IMG/VR virus record: IMGVR_UViG_3300047172_000194
Source of the DNA: an uncultured virus (IMG/VR IMGVR_UViG_3300047172_000194)
Taxonomy: Duplodnaviria; Heunggongvirae; Uroviricota; Caudoviricetes
Length of the DNA: 64,000 nucleotides
Reading direction: 5' to 3' (one strand)
The position numbers were made by a program, and so were the translations under genes. Shown in pieces: positions 54,345 to 63,868 of the stretch (its first letter is position 1; each line of letters opens with the position of its first letter). The notes under the pieces were generated by a model. It was not told where the DNA came from. It saw nothing but the letters and a program-made list of their open reading frames with translations, and did not search any database.

Positions 54345-54809
54345 ATGTCGGGTTCCGTCGGCGCGAGCGCCGCCCCTCCGCAGAACATCTACTCGGTCGG
54401 CAAGGACCTCCAGGCGGTCCTCACGGGGCCGACCGGCTCCGTGCAGCTGCCGAGGCTCACCGGCTTCTCGCACAAGCCGCAATACGACACCATCAAGTCG
54501 AAGCCGCTCGACGGCCCGACCATCCAGCTCGACCTGCCGGACGGCCACACGTTCGAGCTAGACTTCGACCGCAGGGACTCCGCGGTGGACACGTTCTTCA
54601 CGGGAATCGAGGCGGCCTACTGGTCTCTCGGCGGCTTCGTGCCGACCTTCAACCTGACGTTCTTCGTCACCGAGCGCGCGACGGGCTCGACGTCCACGTG
54701 GCAGCTCGCCGAGGTGACCCTGAAGTACGACCCCGGCAGCTGGAAGACCGGTGCCGCGGTGGCCGGTAAAATCATGGGCTACGCCCGCTACTGGCGCCGT
54801 CTGGCGTAA
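54345..54809 (+). CDS. Tail tube protein
   Basis: Directly after sheath; size; YSVGKD. Confidence 0.75.
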   Translation: MSGSVGASAAPPQNIYSVGKDLQAVLTGPTGSVQLPRLTGFSHKPQYDTIKSKPLDGPTIQLDLPDGHTFELDFDRRDSAVDTFFTGIEAAYWSLGGFVPTFNLTFFVTERATGSTSTWQLAEVTLKYDPGSWKTGAAVAGKIMGYARYWRRLA

Positions 54810-54824
54810 CGGAGGACATCCCCC

Positions 54825-55205
54825 ATGACCGAAATGACCCCCACCCAGGAACTCATCGCTACCGGCTCGCCGGTGCACGAGTTCACCGACAGCCGCGGCC
54901 GCCGCCTCAAGATGAAGCCGCTCTCCGTCCTCGGGCAGACGCGCCTTCTCCGTGCCGCCGGTTCCGCGCACGCGGACAACGGGCCCTACCTGAGCATGCT
55001 GCACGTGGCCGCCGCCATCATCGAGATCGATGGCGTCGTTCAGCCGTTCCCCACCAACGAGTTCCAGATCGACGCGATGGTTGAGCGCGTCGGCGACGAG
55101 GGATACCTCGCGGTCCAGGCGTTCATCGAGCGCAAGAAGGCCGAGATGGCGGCGACCGCGGAGGCGGCTCCCGCCGACCCTTTGGCACCATCCGCTGCCT
55201 CGTAG
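54825..55205 (+). CDS. Tail assembly chaperone
   Basis: Between tube and tape measure; slippery site near the 3' end. Confidence 0.75.
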   Translation: MTEMTPTQELIATGSPVHEFTDSRGRRLKMKPLSVLGQTRLLRAAGSAHADNGPYLSMLHVAAAIIEIDGVVQPFPTNEFQIDAMVERVGDEGYLAVQAFIERKKAEMAATAEAAPADPLAPSAAS

Positions 55206-55390
55206 AGGACGACAGCCTCACCGAGGCCCTCTACCTGGTCAGCAAGAACGTCCCGTTCGACGTCGCCTTCAGCCTCGACATGCTCACCCGTCACGCCTGG
55301 GTGCTGCGCATCCGGCTGTTCGAGGGCGGCCGGATGGACTGGGACGCGGGCCGCTTCGACCCCGACGGGAAACCCGCAGATGGCCAATGA
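55178..55390 (+). CDS. -1 frameshift extension of the tail assembly chaperone
   Basis: C CCT TTG heptamer; -1 frame reads ..LYLVSKNVPFDVAFSL..FEGG..DW.. to TGA 55390. Confidence 0.7.
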   Translation, partial: PFGTIRCLVEDDSLTEALYLVSKNVPFDVAFSLDMLTRHAWVLRIRLFEGGRMDWDAGRFDPDGKPADGQ

Positions 55391-55823
55391 GATATTCAAC
55401 CTGATGGGCTTCGGGGCGCTCCTGGAGCGCATGTCGGTCGTCGTCGAGGAAGAGATCGCCGAGGGCGTGAAGCGGGGCGCGGACAAGCTCAAGGAGGCCG
55501 CCAAGGCCCGCATCGGGTTCTATCCCGCCGACGGCTCCTGGCCCCAGCTCGCGGACTCCACCCAGGAGGACCGCGGGAAGCACGGCTTCGCTCCCAACGA
55601 CCCGTTGCTCCGCACCGGCGAGCTGCGGGAGAGCATCGGCGCCCTGGTCGTCGGCAAGCACGCCGTCGTCGGATCAGACCTCGACATCGCGCTCTACCAG
55701 GAACTCGGCACCGAGAAGATCCCGCCGCGCCCGTTCCTCGGTTCGTCGGCCGCGGCGGAGGCGGAAGCCATCGCCAAGGACATCGGCATCGGCGTCATGA
55801 GGAAGATGACCGGGAAGGAGTGA
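55380..55823 (+). CDS. Virion morphogenesis (HK97 gp10/Mu gpG-like) protein
   Basis: WPQLADST, LLRTGELRESI, ELGTEKIPPRPFL. Confidence 0.8.
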   Translation: MANEIFNLMGFGALLERMSVVVEEEIAEGVKRGADKLKEAAKARIGFYPADGSWPQLADSTQEDRGKHGFAPNDPLLRTGELRESIGALVVGKHAVVGSDLDIALYQELGTEKIPPRPFLGSSAAAEAEAIAKDIGIGVMRKMTGKE

Positions 55824-55827
55824 GCCG

Positions 55828-57720
55828 ATGTTCGAGGCCTTCAAGATCGGCGTGGAGCTCGTCGGCATAAACGGGGCGAGCCACGTCATCGGCGCGGTGA
55901 CCCGGGACATCATGAAGCTCGCCCACGAGCTCGAGGCGACGAACTCGAAGTTCAAGGGCCTTACCCAGACCATGGAGCTCGGGTTCGCGGGTATCCTTGG
56001 CGGCGGCGCCATCCTGGGCGGCCTCTACAAGATGCAGGAGGCCGGACGCGAGCAGGCCCACATCCAGCAGGAGCTCATCACCTCCGGTCTGAAGCAGGCA
56101 GATGTCGCGAAGATGGTCGGCAAGGCCTGGGAGATGGCTCAGACGAAGCGAGATTTCAGCAGCGACCAGTATCTAGAGATGCTGGTCGAGAGCCGAGGGC
56201 AGTTCAAGGACATCCCGTCTCTGATGAAGGCTGCGCCGTCCATCGCTGACTTCATGACCGACGTGAAGCTCGGGGACTCCAAGGTCGATCCCAAGGGCAT
56301 GATCCAGGACGCCATCAAGACCATCGCCGTGAGAGGAATGCTCTACAAGGCCGACGGCAGCCTGAACGAGTCAGCCATCCAGAACGAGATGGACTGGATG
56401 GGCCGAGCGACACGATTCACCCACGGCCAGATCAACCCGCATACCCTGAGGCAGACGGCCACGCAGGCTGGCCCGCTGTCGCGCGGCATGAGCGCCGAGG
56501 CTTTCTACGGATGGGGAGCGGAGGTCCAGAACACGCTCGGTGCCAGCAAGACCGGCACGGCGCTGGGTAGCTTGGCAACGCAGCTCATGGGCGGGGTGAT
56601 GCCCAAGTACGTGGCAGAGCACCTGATGAGCGTCGGTTGGCTGAAGGCTGGCAAGGTCCACTTCAAGGGGGCACACGCCAACCTCGATCCCGACGCGCTT
56701 GACGACGCCGCGGGATTCTCAGGGCCCAAGGGAAATCCTTTCCTCTGGTTGAAGAACCACATCGACGACGCCGCGAAGCGGGACCACATCACGCCTCAGC
56801 AGGAGGTCTTCAGGGATTTCGGGCGCCAGACATCGATGAGGCTGGGCTCGGATGTAGACGCCAACTTTACCGAGCTGTCGACCGCCTTCGAGCAGCAGAA
56901 GAAGGCATGGGGAGCCGGGGACACGGCAGCGCAGGCTCGCGCCAAGGACCCCGACACCATCATGCGGTCATTCACCGCATCCTGGACCGACTTCATCAAG
57001 GCGCTGGGCTCACCGATGGTGGATCCGGTCAATGGGATGCTGATCAAGGTCACCAACACGGTTCGCGACATGACCGCGTGGGTGAACGCCAACCAGGGCC
57101 AGGTGCTCTACCTGGAGAAGGCCGCCGCCATCGTCGGCGGTCTCTTCATCGCCGGTGGCGTGGTCGCCCTCCTGGGGGCGGGGCTCACGCTCCTCGCGGC
57201 GGCGTTCGCGCCGTTTGCCCTCGGTGCGGCGGCGGCTGCCGCGATGGTCTTCATCTACGGACCGGCAGGCTTCAGCGCCGTGGCCGCATCGTTCGACATC
57301 CTGAAGAGGGCGGTCCAGGACTTCGTGTCCTGGTTCCACACGCAGAACTTCTCGCTGTCGAATGTTGTGGACGGCGCTAAGACAGTCCTCGGCATTGGCC
57401 CGGATAATGGCAATGCAAGCAGCGCCAGAATCCACCAGATGCAGGAGGTGAATGACCTGCTTGTGGCGCAAGGCAAGGCGCCGAAGTATTCGTCCGAGGA
57501 CATCTACGGAAAGCCCAAGGGCCTGACGAACGTGACATCGTCGCTGTCGTCCGGGAGCAGGACCACGACCACCGGCAAGGTGATGCTGGGTCCCCGCCAG
57601 CTCGGCGACTTCGTGATCGACACGGTTTCCGGCGGATGGCCCTCGTCCCCCGACGGCATGACCGGCTTCGACCGCAGGGGGACGCCGACCCTCGGGGGTT
57701 CCCTGGTCGGCGCGCACTAA
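55828..57720 (+). CDS. Tail tape measure protein
   Basis: Helical, Ala/Gly-rich, hydrophobic segment; position. Confidence 0.8.
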   Translation: MFEAFKIGVELVGINGASHVIGAVTRDIMKLAHELEATNSKFKGLTQTMELGFAGILGGGAILGGLYKMQEAGREQAHIQQELITSGLKQADVAKMVGKAWEMAQTKRDFSSDQYLEMLVESRGQFKDIPSLMKAAPSIADFMTDVKLGDSKVDPKGMIQDAIKTIAVRGMLYKADGSLNESAIQNEMDWMGRATRFTHGQINPHTLRQTATQAGPLSRGMSAEAFYGWGAEVQNTLGASKTGTALGSLATQLMGGVMPKYVAEHLMSVGWLKAGKVHFKGAHANLDPDALDDAAGFSGPKGNPFLWLKNHIDDAAKRDHITPQQEVFRDFGRQTSMRLGSDVDANFTELSTAFEQQKKAWGAGDTAAQARAKDPDTIMRSFTASWTDFIKALGSPMVDPVNGMLIKVTNTVRDMTAWVNANQGQVLYLEKAAAIVGGLFIAGGVVALLGAGLTLLAAAFAPFALGAAAAAAMVFIYGPAGFSAVAASFDILKRAVQDFVSWFHTQNFSLSNVVDGAKTVLGIGPDNGNASSARIHQMQEVNDLLVAQGKAPKYSSEDIYGKPKGLTNVTSSLSSGSRTTTTGKVMLGPRQLGDFVIDTVSGGWPSSPDGMTGFDRRGTPTLGGSLVGAH

Positions 57721-57732
57721 GAGGAGGCGACC

Positions 57733-58608
57733 ATGAGCGCGCTAGGCATCGCCTCCGTCGGCCTCGGGCTCGCGGGCCAGTTCCTGTCCCCGACAACGGT
57801 CACCCTGGGGGAAGTGCCCCTGGGCGGCCTCGGTTCGCTCCCGGTGGTCGGCGGCCTCATCTCCGCCGTCCAGGGTCTCCTGGGCGGCGGGTCCGCCCCT
57901 GCCGGGGTGAGGTTCGACGGCATGGCATCGCCCGAGAGCATGACTTTCGGCGGCGACCAGATGATGCAGGTCCACAAGCTGCCAGGGGGTGGCCGCGTGG
58001 TGGACGTGTTCGGCCGCGACGACGAGGACATCGAGTGGGGCGGAAAGTTTTTCGGACCAAATGCCCTGGCGAACGCGCGAGCGGTTGATGCCATCCGCAT
58101 TTCCGGTAGGCAGGTCCCGCTCGCATGGGCGGACTTCCATTTCAACGTGGTCGTAAAGAAATTCCACGCGGAATACACCCGCGGCGGCGCGGTCATCCCG
58201 TACAAGATCACGGTCGTCATCGCCAGCCTCCCGCCGCCTTCCAAGCCGTCCCTGCTCGCCACGATCAAGAGCGACCTGAACGCCGCTCTGAACGTGGCCC
58301 AGCAGGTTTCCAGCGTCGTTACCACGGTCACCAACGTGACCACGGCGCTCGGCTCCGGAGGCAGCCTGCCCAAGTCGTCGCCGCTGTATCCCACCACGGT
58401 CTCGGGCGTGCAGGCAGCGCAGGCAGCCGCCGCCACCGCGCAGAAATCCGCCGACGCGCAGCTTACGGCCATCAAGGCCTCGCCGACCGCGGGAACGATG
58501 AACGCGGCCGCCGCGGCCAAGGCGTTCGCGGCGCAGCAGCAGTCCGCAGGTGCAACGGTCGCGGGCGCCTATCTCGGGCGGGCGGCGAACAACCTCGGGG
58601 CAAGCTAG
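57733..58608 (+). CDS. Baseplate/tube initiator protein
   Basis: PESMTFGG.Q..VHKLPGGGRVVD..IEW.G. Confidence 0.7.
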   Translation: MSALGIASVGLGLAGQFLSPTTVTLGEVPLGGLGSLPVVGGLISAVQGLLGGGSAPAGVRFDGMASPESMTFGGDQMMQVHKLPGGGRVVDVFGRDDEDIEWGGKFFGPNALANARAVDAIRISGRQVPLAWADFHFNVVVKKFHAEYTRGGAVIPYKITVVIASLPPPSKPSLLATIKSDLNAALNVAQQVSSVVTTVTNVTTALGSGGSLPKSSPLYPTTVSGVQAAQAAAATAQKSADAQLTAIKASPTAGTMNAAAAAKAFAAQQQSAGATVAGAYLGRAANNLGAS

Positions 58609-58611
58609 GCC

Positions 58612-58824
58612 ATGGCGCAGACCCTCGACATCTCCCCCGCCGACATCTCCCTGTTCCACGTGGCCGCCCGCGTCTGGTCGGACGCCACGGCGTGGCTCGC
58701 GCTTGCCCGGGCGAACCCCGACACCTTCATCAGCGGTGGCGCCATAGACCCGATGATCTACGGCCTCGCGACCATCAGCGTACCGGACTGGGACGCCAGC
58801 TTCAGCGGCAGCGCGCCGTCGTAG
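58612..58824 (+). CDS. LysM/tail X-like baseplate protein
   Basis: SLFHVAA...DATAW..LARAN...DP. Confidence 0.7.
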   Translation: MAQTLDISPADISLFHVAARVWSDATAWLALARANPDTFISGGAIDPMIYGLATISVPDWDASFSGSAPS

Positions 58825-58833
58825 GAGGACATC

Positions 58834-59970
58834 TTGGACACATCGTCGTGGCCCCAATATGATGTTGTCCGCCAGCCACTCTGGAAGTGTGTCGTAAACG
58901 GCACCGAGCTCCTGCCGCTGCACGCCGCGCTGACCACGAACAACCACTATCGCTCGGACTCCTTCAGCGCCGAGTTCGCCTTGAACGCGGTTCCCGCGAT
59001 GCAGCCGGTCTGGGACGGCGCGACGTCGGACATTCCCAGCGTCGAGTTTCACGTGTGCTTCCTGCCGCCCGGCGCGCCCGAGGGGTCGGGTCCCTGGAGA
59101 TGCCTCTTCGTCGGCGAGCTCGACGAAATCACGCAGAGCCCGCTGAAGGGCACCGTGTCCGTCACCGCCCGCGACCTGTCCTCGCGGCTGATCGACGCCA
59201 AGACCTCGGAGACCTTCGCCAACAAGAGGTCATCGGATGTCGCGGCCATCCTCGCCGCCCGCCACGGGCTCGGCACCGACATCGACCCCACTTCGGCCCT
59301 GGTCGGCAGCTTCTACCAAAAGGAGCACGACAAGATCACCGGCGACGGGTTCTCGAAGACCAACACGGAATGGGACCTGCTCGTTTTCCTTGCCCGCCAG
59401 GAAGGATACGACGTCTGGGTGGGGCCGCCCGCGAATGGCTCCGGACCGCCACTGCTCCACTTCAAGCAGGCCGTGGCCGCCGAGACGGCGACGCCGCTCC
59501 AGCTGGTCTACACGCCCTCCGGGCAGGTGCCCTGGCCCGGCATTGCGGTCCTCGACATCGAAAAAAAGCGCCACACGAAGATCGCCAAGGGCACCGTGGT
59601 GACCATGAAGGTGTGGGACTCCAAGTCGAAGTCGTCCACGCCCGTGTCCTACCCTTCGTCGCCGTCCTCCGCCCAGAAGACCGGGCAGGTCATCGTGCTG
59701 CCGCCGCGCCCCGGCATGAGCAAGCAGCGGGCCCAGCAGTACGTGCAGCAGCAATACCACGACATCGTGGCGCACGAGCGGCTGGTCTCCCTGGAGATGC
59801 CGGTGGAGTTCACCCTGGACGCACGGTCCATCGTCCAGCTGTCGGGCACGCAGTCGAGCTACGACTACCGCTACTACGTGGATTCCATCTCGCGGGATTT
59901 CTCCACCTCCGGGTGCAGGCAGACCGTGCGCTTGAAGAACCACGTCACGGAGTCGGACAGCACGGTCTGA
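58834..59970 (+). CDS. Baseplate hub protein (gpD-like)
   Basis: ARDLSSRLID, TEWDLL..LARQEG; position. Confidence 0.78.
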   Translation: MDTSSWPQYDVVRQPLWKCVVNGTELLPLHAALTTNNHYRSDSFSAEFALNAVPAMQPVWDGATSDIPSVEFHVCFLPPGAPEGSGPWRCLFVGELDEITQSPLKGTVSVTARDLSSRLIDAKTSETFANKRSSDVAAILAARHGLGTDIDPTSALVGSFYQKEHDKITGDGFSKTNTEWDLLVFLARQEGYDVWVGPPANGSGPPLLHFKQAVAAETATPLQLVYTPSGQVPWPGIAVLDIEKKRHTKIAKGTVVTMKVWDSKSKSSTPVSYPSSPSSAQKTGQVIVLPPRPGMSKQRAQQYVQQQYHDIVAHERLVSLEMPVEFTLDARSIVQLSGTQSSYDYRYYVDSISRDFSTSGCRQTVRLKNHVTESDSTV

Positions 59971-60046
59971 CTGGCGGCGAGCACGGTCCTATCCTAAAAG
60001 CTGCGCGCATGGGATGTAAGCGCGGACGCTTCAGGGGCAGGACAAG

Positions 60047-60805
60047 ATGAACGCAGGCGAGCGGCAATATGCAGCTATCCTTGAAGGAGACCCTGAAGAC
60101 CTGAAGGACCTGCGGCTGGATTACGCGGGTTCGGGGCCGATACGGGTCACGGAAATCGAGGTTGGTGGCAAGAGGTTCACGGCGCTGCTCGCCGACGAGT
60201 TCTCGGCTCAGGCGTCGTCCGCCGGAGCTTTGAATGTCGCGCGTGAAATCGTTGCACAGATTAACGGGCTGCGTCTCGTTGCACGTACCGATCGCCGCCC
60301 GGTCCGTCCCACAATCATGCATGACCGCCTTGATGTCGGCGAGTGGTCCGTGGGCACGAACCATGCGTCCGGAGCACTGGAAGTCGGACCAGTTCAGATC
60401 CGTGCCACTGCGACAGTGACTGGGGTGGACGGGACACCAATCCCAGAAAGCGCCCGCCCGGCGTGGCCCGCCAAGTGGCTCGCCTTCGCCCGGTCGGGGA
60501 CACCGGATGGCAAAAGGGCCGCGGATATCCTCAGCGCGTTGAGCGGCAATCCCGATTGGGCCGACCTGTGGCGCGCCCAGGAGATGTTCCATCACGATAG
60601 GCGCCAACTGCCGGATTGGAACGACGGCGACTCCGAACGCTTCCGGCAATCGGCCACCTTGCACCGGCACAGCCACAACAGCCGCAACGGTAAGGACGCA
60701 CGCGAGTGGTTCGCGCTAACGCTTGAGCCTAAAATGGACATCAATACTGCACGTCAAGTCGTTTCGAGGGGCGCGAAGCTCTGGCTAGCCTGGAAGGTTC
60801 AGTAG
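60047..60805 (+). CDS. Moron, hypothetical protein with possible HEPN-like C-terminus
   Basis: Atypical codon use; W.DLW...E...RF..SA..HRH. Confidence 0.6.
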   Translation: MNAGERQYAAILEGDPEDLKDLRLDYAGSGPIRVTEIEVGGKRFTALLADEFSAQASSAGALNVAREIVAQINGLRLVARTDRRPVRPTIMHDRLDVGEWSVGTNHASGALEVGPVQIRATATVTGVDGTPIPESARPAWPAKWLAFARSGTPDGKRAADILSALSGNPDWADLWRAQEMFHHDRRQLPDWNDGDSERFRQSATLHRHSHNSRNGKDAREWFALTLEPKMDINTARQVVSRGAKLWLAWKVQ

Positions 60806-60864
60806 CCGGACCGTGCGCCTGCGGAGCGATGGCCCTGTGCCTCCTGTTCCGCTATTGTCTCCCC

Positions 60865-61428
60865 ATGGGGACAGAACGCTGGGTCTGCGAGACGGGGCCA
60901 TGCCCGTGCGGGCAAGGGACCATCGAAATCGAGCAGGTCGCACCGGACCACGGCTGGGCGCAGACGATCGACTATCACCCTAGCCTACGATGCGACGCAT
61001 GCAGCAAGGATTATGGGTTCGCGGGCATGACGCTGGTCCGCAAGGCGGATGCCGACGCCTACCACGTGGCCTTCCGCGCTTACTACGAGGCGAAAGCAGA
61101 AACGGACCGTCTGCCCATCCTTGACGAGATGAGGCGTCTGCTCGCCCCAGTGCTGGAGGCCATGCCGACAAAGGTGGCCCGGCATCGATGGTTGCGGGAA
61201 CACGGCATCGAATCGCAAACCTACGGCACCTTCATCAAGCACTGGGACAATGCGGAACGCTGGGTCCAGAGCGGCGTGAACCGTTACAACATGCTGGCGG
61301 TAGCCGCGGCGCTGGGCGTGGACCCGAGTCCCATACACAAGCACGAAGCCCGCCTCGCTTGGCTGCGCGCGGAGCGGTATCAAATGCCGGAAGCGATACC
61401 CACCAGCCTCAAGGGTCTGGCCGCCTAG
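60865..61428 (+). CDS. Moron, hypothetical Zn-finger protein
   Basis: CPCG...CDAC; ORF open from 60829. Confidence 0.55.
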   Translation: MGTERWVCETGPCPCGQGTIEIEQVAPDHGWAQTIDYHPSLRCDACSKDYGFAGMTLVRKADADAYHVAFRAYYEAKAETDRLPILDEMRRLLAPVLEAMPTKVARHRWLREHGIESQTYGTFIKHWDNAERWVQSGVNRYNMLAVAAALGVDPSPIHKHEARLAWLRAERYQMPEAIPTSLKGLAA

Positions 61429-61520
61429 CCGTCAACACCTTCACCGTGGCGGGCCGCCGCAGGATCTGCCAATCTTGACATAGTCTGGCGACGCGCGCGC
61501 AGGCGGGGAGGCCCTCTCGG

Positions 61521-62108
61521 ATGATGGCAGCCCTGGCCCGCATGCGGAACGCCATCCGCCGCGACATCGAAGCCATTATCGGCTCAGTCGCGCAGCCCCG
61601 TTTCGCCACCGTCGCGGCCGTGGACGAGACCACGCATTCGGTTCGCCTTGAGATTCAGCCGGAAGGCGTCCTCAGTGGCTGGGTTCCGGACGCAACTGCC
61701 CTGTTTGCTTCCGGAGGTTTCGGCGTGTCTGCCCCGTCGCGTCAGGGCGACCAGGTCAAGGCAGTCTACAGCCACGGAGATGCGGACTTCCCCGTAGTTA
61801 TAGGCCGCGTCTACAGCGACGCCGACCCGGTTCCCGTATCTCCCCTGACCGGCGACCATGCCAAGCCCGGCGAGATGCTGATCTCCATGCCCGGCGGCGG
61901 CTGGCTGCACTTCAAGGGCGACGGCACGGTAGAGGGCGGCGGCACCCGTCTGACATGGCACGGCCCCATGACCGTAATGGGGGACCTGACCGTGCAGGGC
62001 GCTATCAACGCTACGGGCGACGTCGTCGGGAACGGCATCAGCCTCGACCAGCACGTTCACAAGGACGTTCAGCCGGGCAACGGGACCACCGGGAAGCCGC
62101 AAGGATAA
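61521..62108 (+). CDS. Baseplate spike (gpV-like)
   Basis: QPEGVLSGW, GDQV, GISLDQHVH..VQPG..TG.P. Confidence 0.88.
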   Translation: MMAALARMRNAIRRDIEAIIGSVAQPRFATVAAVDETTHSVRLEIQPEGVLSGWVPDATALFASGGFGVSAPSRQGDQVKAVYSHGDADFPVVIGRVYSDADPVPVSPLTGDHAKPGEMLISMPGGGWLHFKGDGTVEGGGTRLTWHGPMTVMGDLTVQGAINATGDVVGNGISLDQHVHKDVQPGNGTTGKPQG

Positions 62109-62112
62109 CGCC

Positions 62113-62544
62113 ATGCGCCACGCCCTGACGCCCGACGCATGGCTCGCCCGCGAGCTAGCCAATGCGTCGGCGGCGGAGCGCACGCAGGCCACGCCGCTCC
62201 TCCTCGCCGACTTCGACGCGACCTGCACGGACATCGAACGCCAGCTCGCCGCCATCTCGGCGGACGCCTTCGAGAACTGCATGGCCGCCGAGGAACTCAT
62301 TTTCCGCGTGCTCCAGCAAATCCTGTTCGAGGGAGACGATGCCGATGCCGGATCTCTCCCAGGAGTGGCAGCAGGACCTGCAACTGACCCCGGCTGGCAG
62401 CCTGTCATTGACCACGACCCCGGCCCAGCTGACGCGCCAGTCCCTGATCCGCCGCCTGCTGACGAACCCCGGCGACTACATCTGGGACCCCGGCTACGGG
62501 GCTGGCCTTGGCCGTTTCGTCGGCTCCCCGGCGGTCCCCGCTAG
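62113..62544 (+). CDS. Hypothetical protein (3' half overlaps the next gene)
   Basis: AAGGA RBS; fills the 62113-62340 gap. Confidence 0.4.
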   Translation: MRHALTPDAWLARELANASAAERTQATPLLLADFDATCTDIERQLAAISADAFENCMAAEELIFRVLQQILFEGDDADAGSLPGVAAGPATDPGWQPVIDHDPGPADAPVPDPPPADEPRRLHLGPRLRGWPWPFRRLPGGPR

Positions 62545-62734
62545 CATCCAGGGCTTAGTCCGCACACAGGCGCTCCTCGAAGTCACGGTCGCCTCGGTCG
62601 TGTCCGTTGCCGTCAGCGCCACCGGCACCACGGTGTCCTGCCTGCTCTCCTACACGAGCACGGACGCGCCGGACACGACGCAGACCCTCACCCTCAACGT
62701 GACCGCCACCGGCCACACGGCCTCGGGGAGCTGA
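62345..62734 (+). CDS. Baseplate wedge protein (gpW/gp25-like)
   Basis: RRLLTNPGDYIWDPGYGAGL; start 62339 or 62345. Confidence 0.78.
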   Translation: MPDLSQEWQQDLQLTPAGSLSLTTTPAQLTRQSLIRRLLTNPGDYIWDPGYGAGLGRFVGSPAVPASIQGLVRTQALLEVTVASVVSVAVSATGTTVSCLLSYTSTDAPDTTQTLTLNVTATGHTASGS

Positions 62735-62737
62735 CAC

Positions 62738-63859
62738 ATGGCGCTCTCCATCCAGACCCTGCAGGGCATTCTGCAAGGGGCGGTCGCGGCCATCCAGTCG
62801 GCATGCTCGGCCATCACCAGCATCGGCAGCGGCTCTCCGGCACTCGCCATCGCGCAGGCAGACGCGAGCCAGTGGTCGGTCCAGCAGGCCAACATCTGGT
62901 ACGTCTACAGCGCCACGCGCCTGAGCAGCTCAACCGGCACGGATGTCGACACGTTCGTCAACGACTTCGGCCTCTACCGCGAGCCCGCGACGTCGGCCGT
63001 CGGCAATGTCACCCTGTCGCTATCCACCGGTTCCAGCGCCACCATCCTGGTCGGCCAGCAGGTCCTGACCGGCGACGGCACTCAGGCGTTCGCGGTCACC
63101 GAGGACGCGGCCAACCCGTACTGGAACACTGCCGCGGCAGGATACGTGTTCCCGGTCGGCACCGTTTCGCCGGTCGTTCCCGTCGCGGCCGTCACGCCGG
63201 GCAGCGCGGGCAATGTCTCGGCGGGCGCCATCAGCCTGTTCGGCGACGCCATCGCGGGCTTCACCGGGGTCACGAACCAGGTCGCGTTCGTCGGCGGCCT
63301 CGACGTGGAGTCCGACGCCGCCCTCAAGGTCCGCTTCATCGGCTACGTCGCCAGCCTCGAAGCCGCAACCTACGAAGCCGTCGTTTCGGCCATCAACGGC
63401 GTGCAGCAGGGCCTGACGTGCTTCGTGCGGCCATGCATCAACCCGGCCGGTGTTTTCCAGCCGGGTTATTTCACGGTCATCGTGGATGACGGCAGCGGCA
63501 CCCCGCCGACATCGCTGCTGAATGCGGTGTTCGCCGCGGTCGACAAGGTCCGCCCGATCACCGTCTGGTTCTCCGTGCAGCCCCCGACCGTCGTGCAGGC
63601 CAACATCACGCTCACGCTTACGGTCCTGGGCAACGGCAAGGCGGCGCTCATCCCGCAGGTCGCCGAGGCCATCGAGGCCTACGTGAACACGCTTCCGGTC
63701 GGCACGGCGCTGTCGCTGACGAAGGTATCTGCCATCGCCTACGGCGTGTCGGCGACCATCACGAACGTCTCCGGCGTTCTCATCGACAACATCGCGGCCG
63801 ACCTCGTCGCGAGTCCGACGCAGGTCGTGAAGGTCACCACCGCCCCGAACATCACATAG
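62738..63859 (+). CDS. Baseplate J-like protein
   Basis: PGSAGNV, GGLDVESDAALK.RF, VDDGSG. Confidence 0.9.
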   Translation: MALSIQTLQGILQGAVAAIQSACSAITSIGSGSPALAIAQADASQWSVQQANIWYVYSATRLSSSTGTDVDTFVNDFGLYREPATSAVGNVTLSLSTGSSATILVGQQVLTGDGTQAFAVTEDAANPYWNTAAAGYVFPVGTVSPVVPVAAVTPGSAGNVSAGAISLFGDAIAGFTGVTNQVAFVGGLDVESDAALKVRFIGYVASLEAATYEAVVSAINGVQQGLTCFVRPCINPAGVFQPGYFTVIVDDGSGTPPTSLLNAVFAAVDKVRPITVWFSVQPPTVVQANITLTLTVLGNGKAALIPQVAEAIEAYVNTLPVGTALSLTKVSAIAYGVSATITNVSGVLIDNIAADLVASPTQVVKVTTAPNIT

Positions 63860-63868
63860 GAGGTCGCC

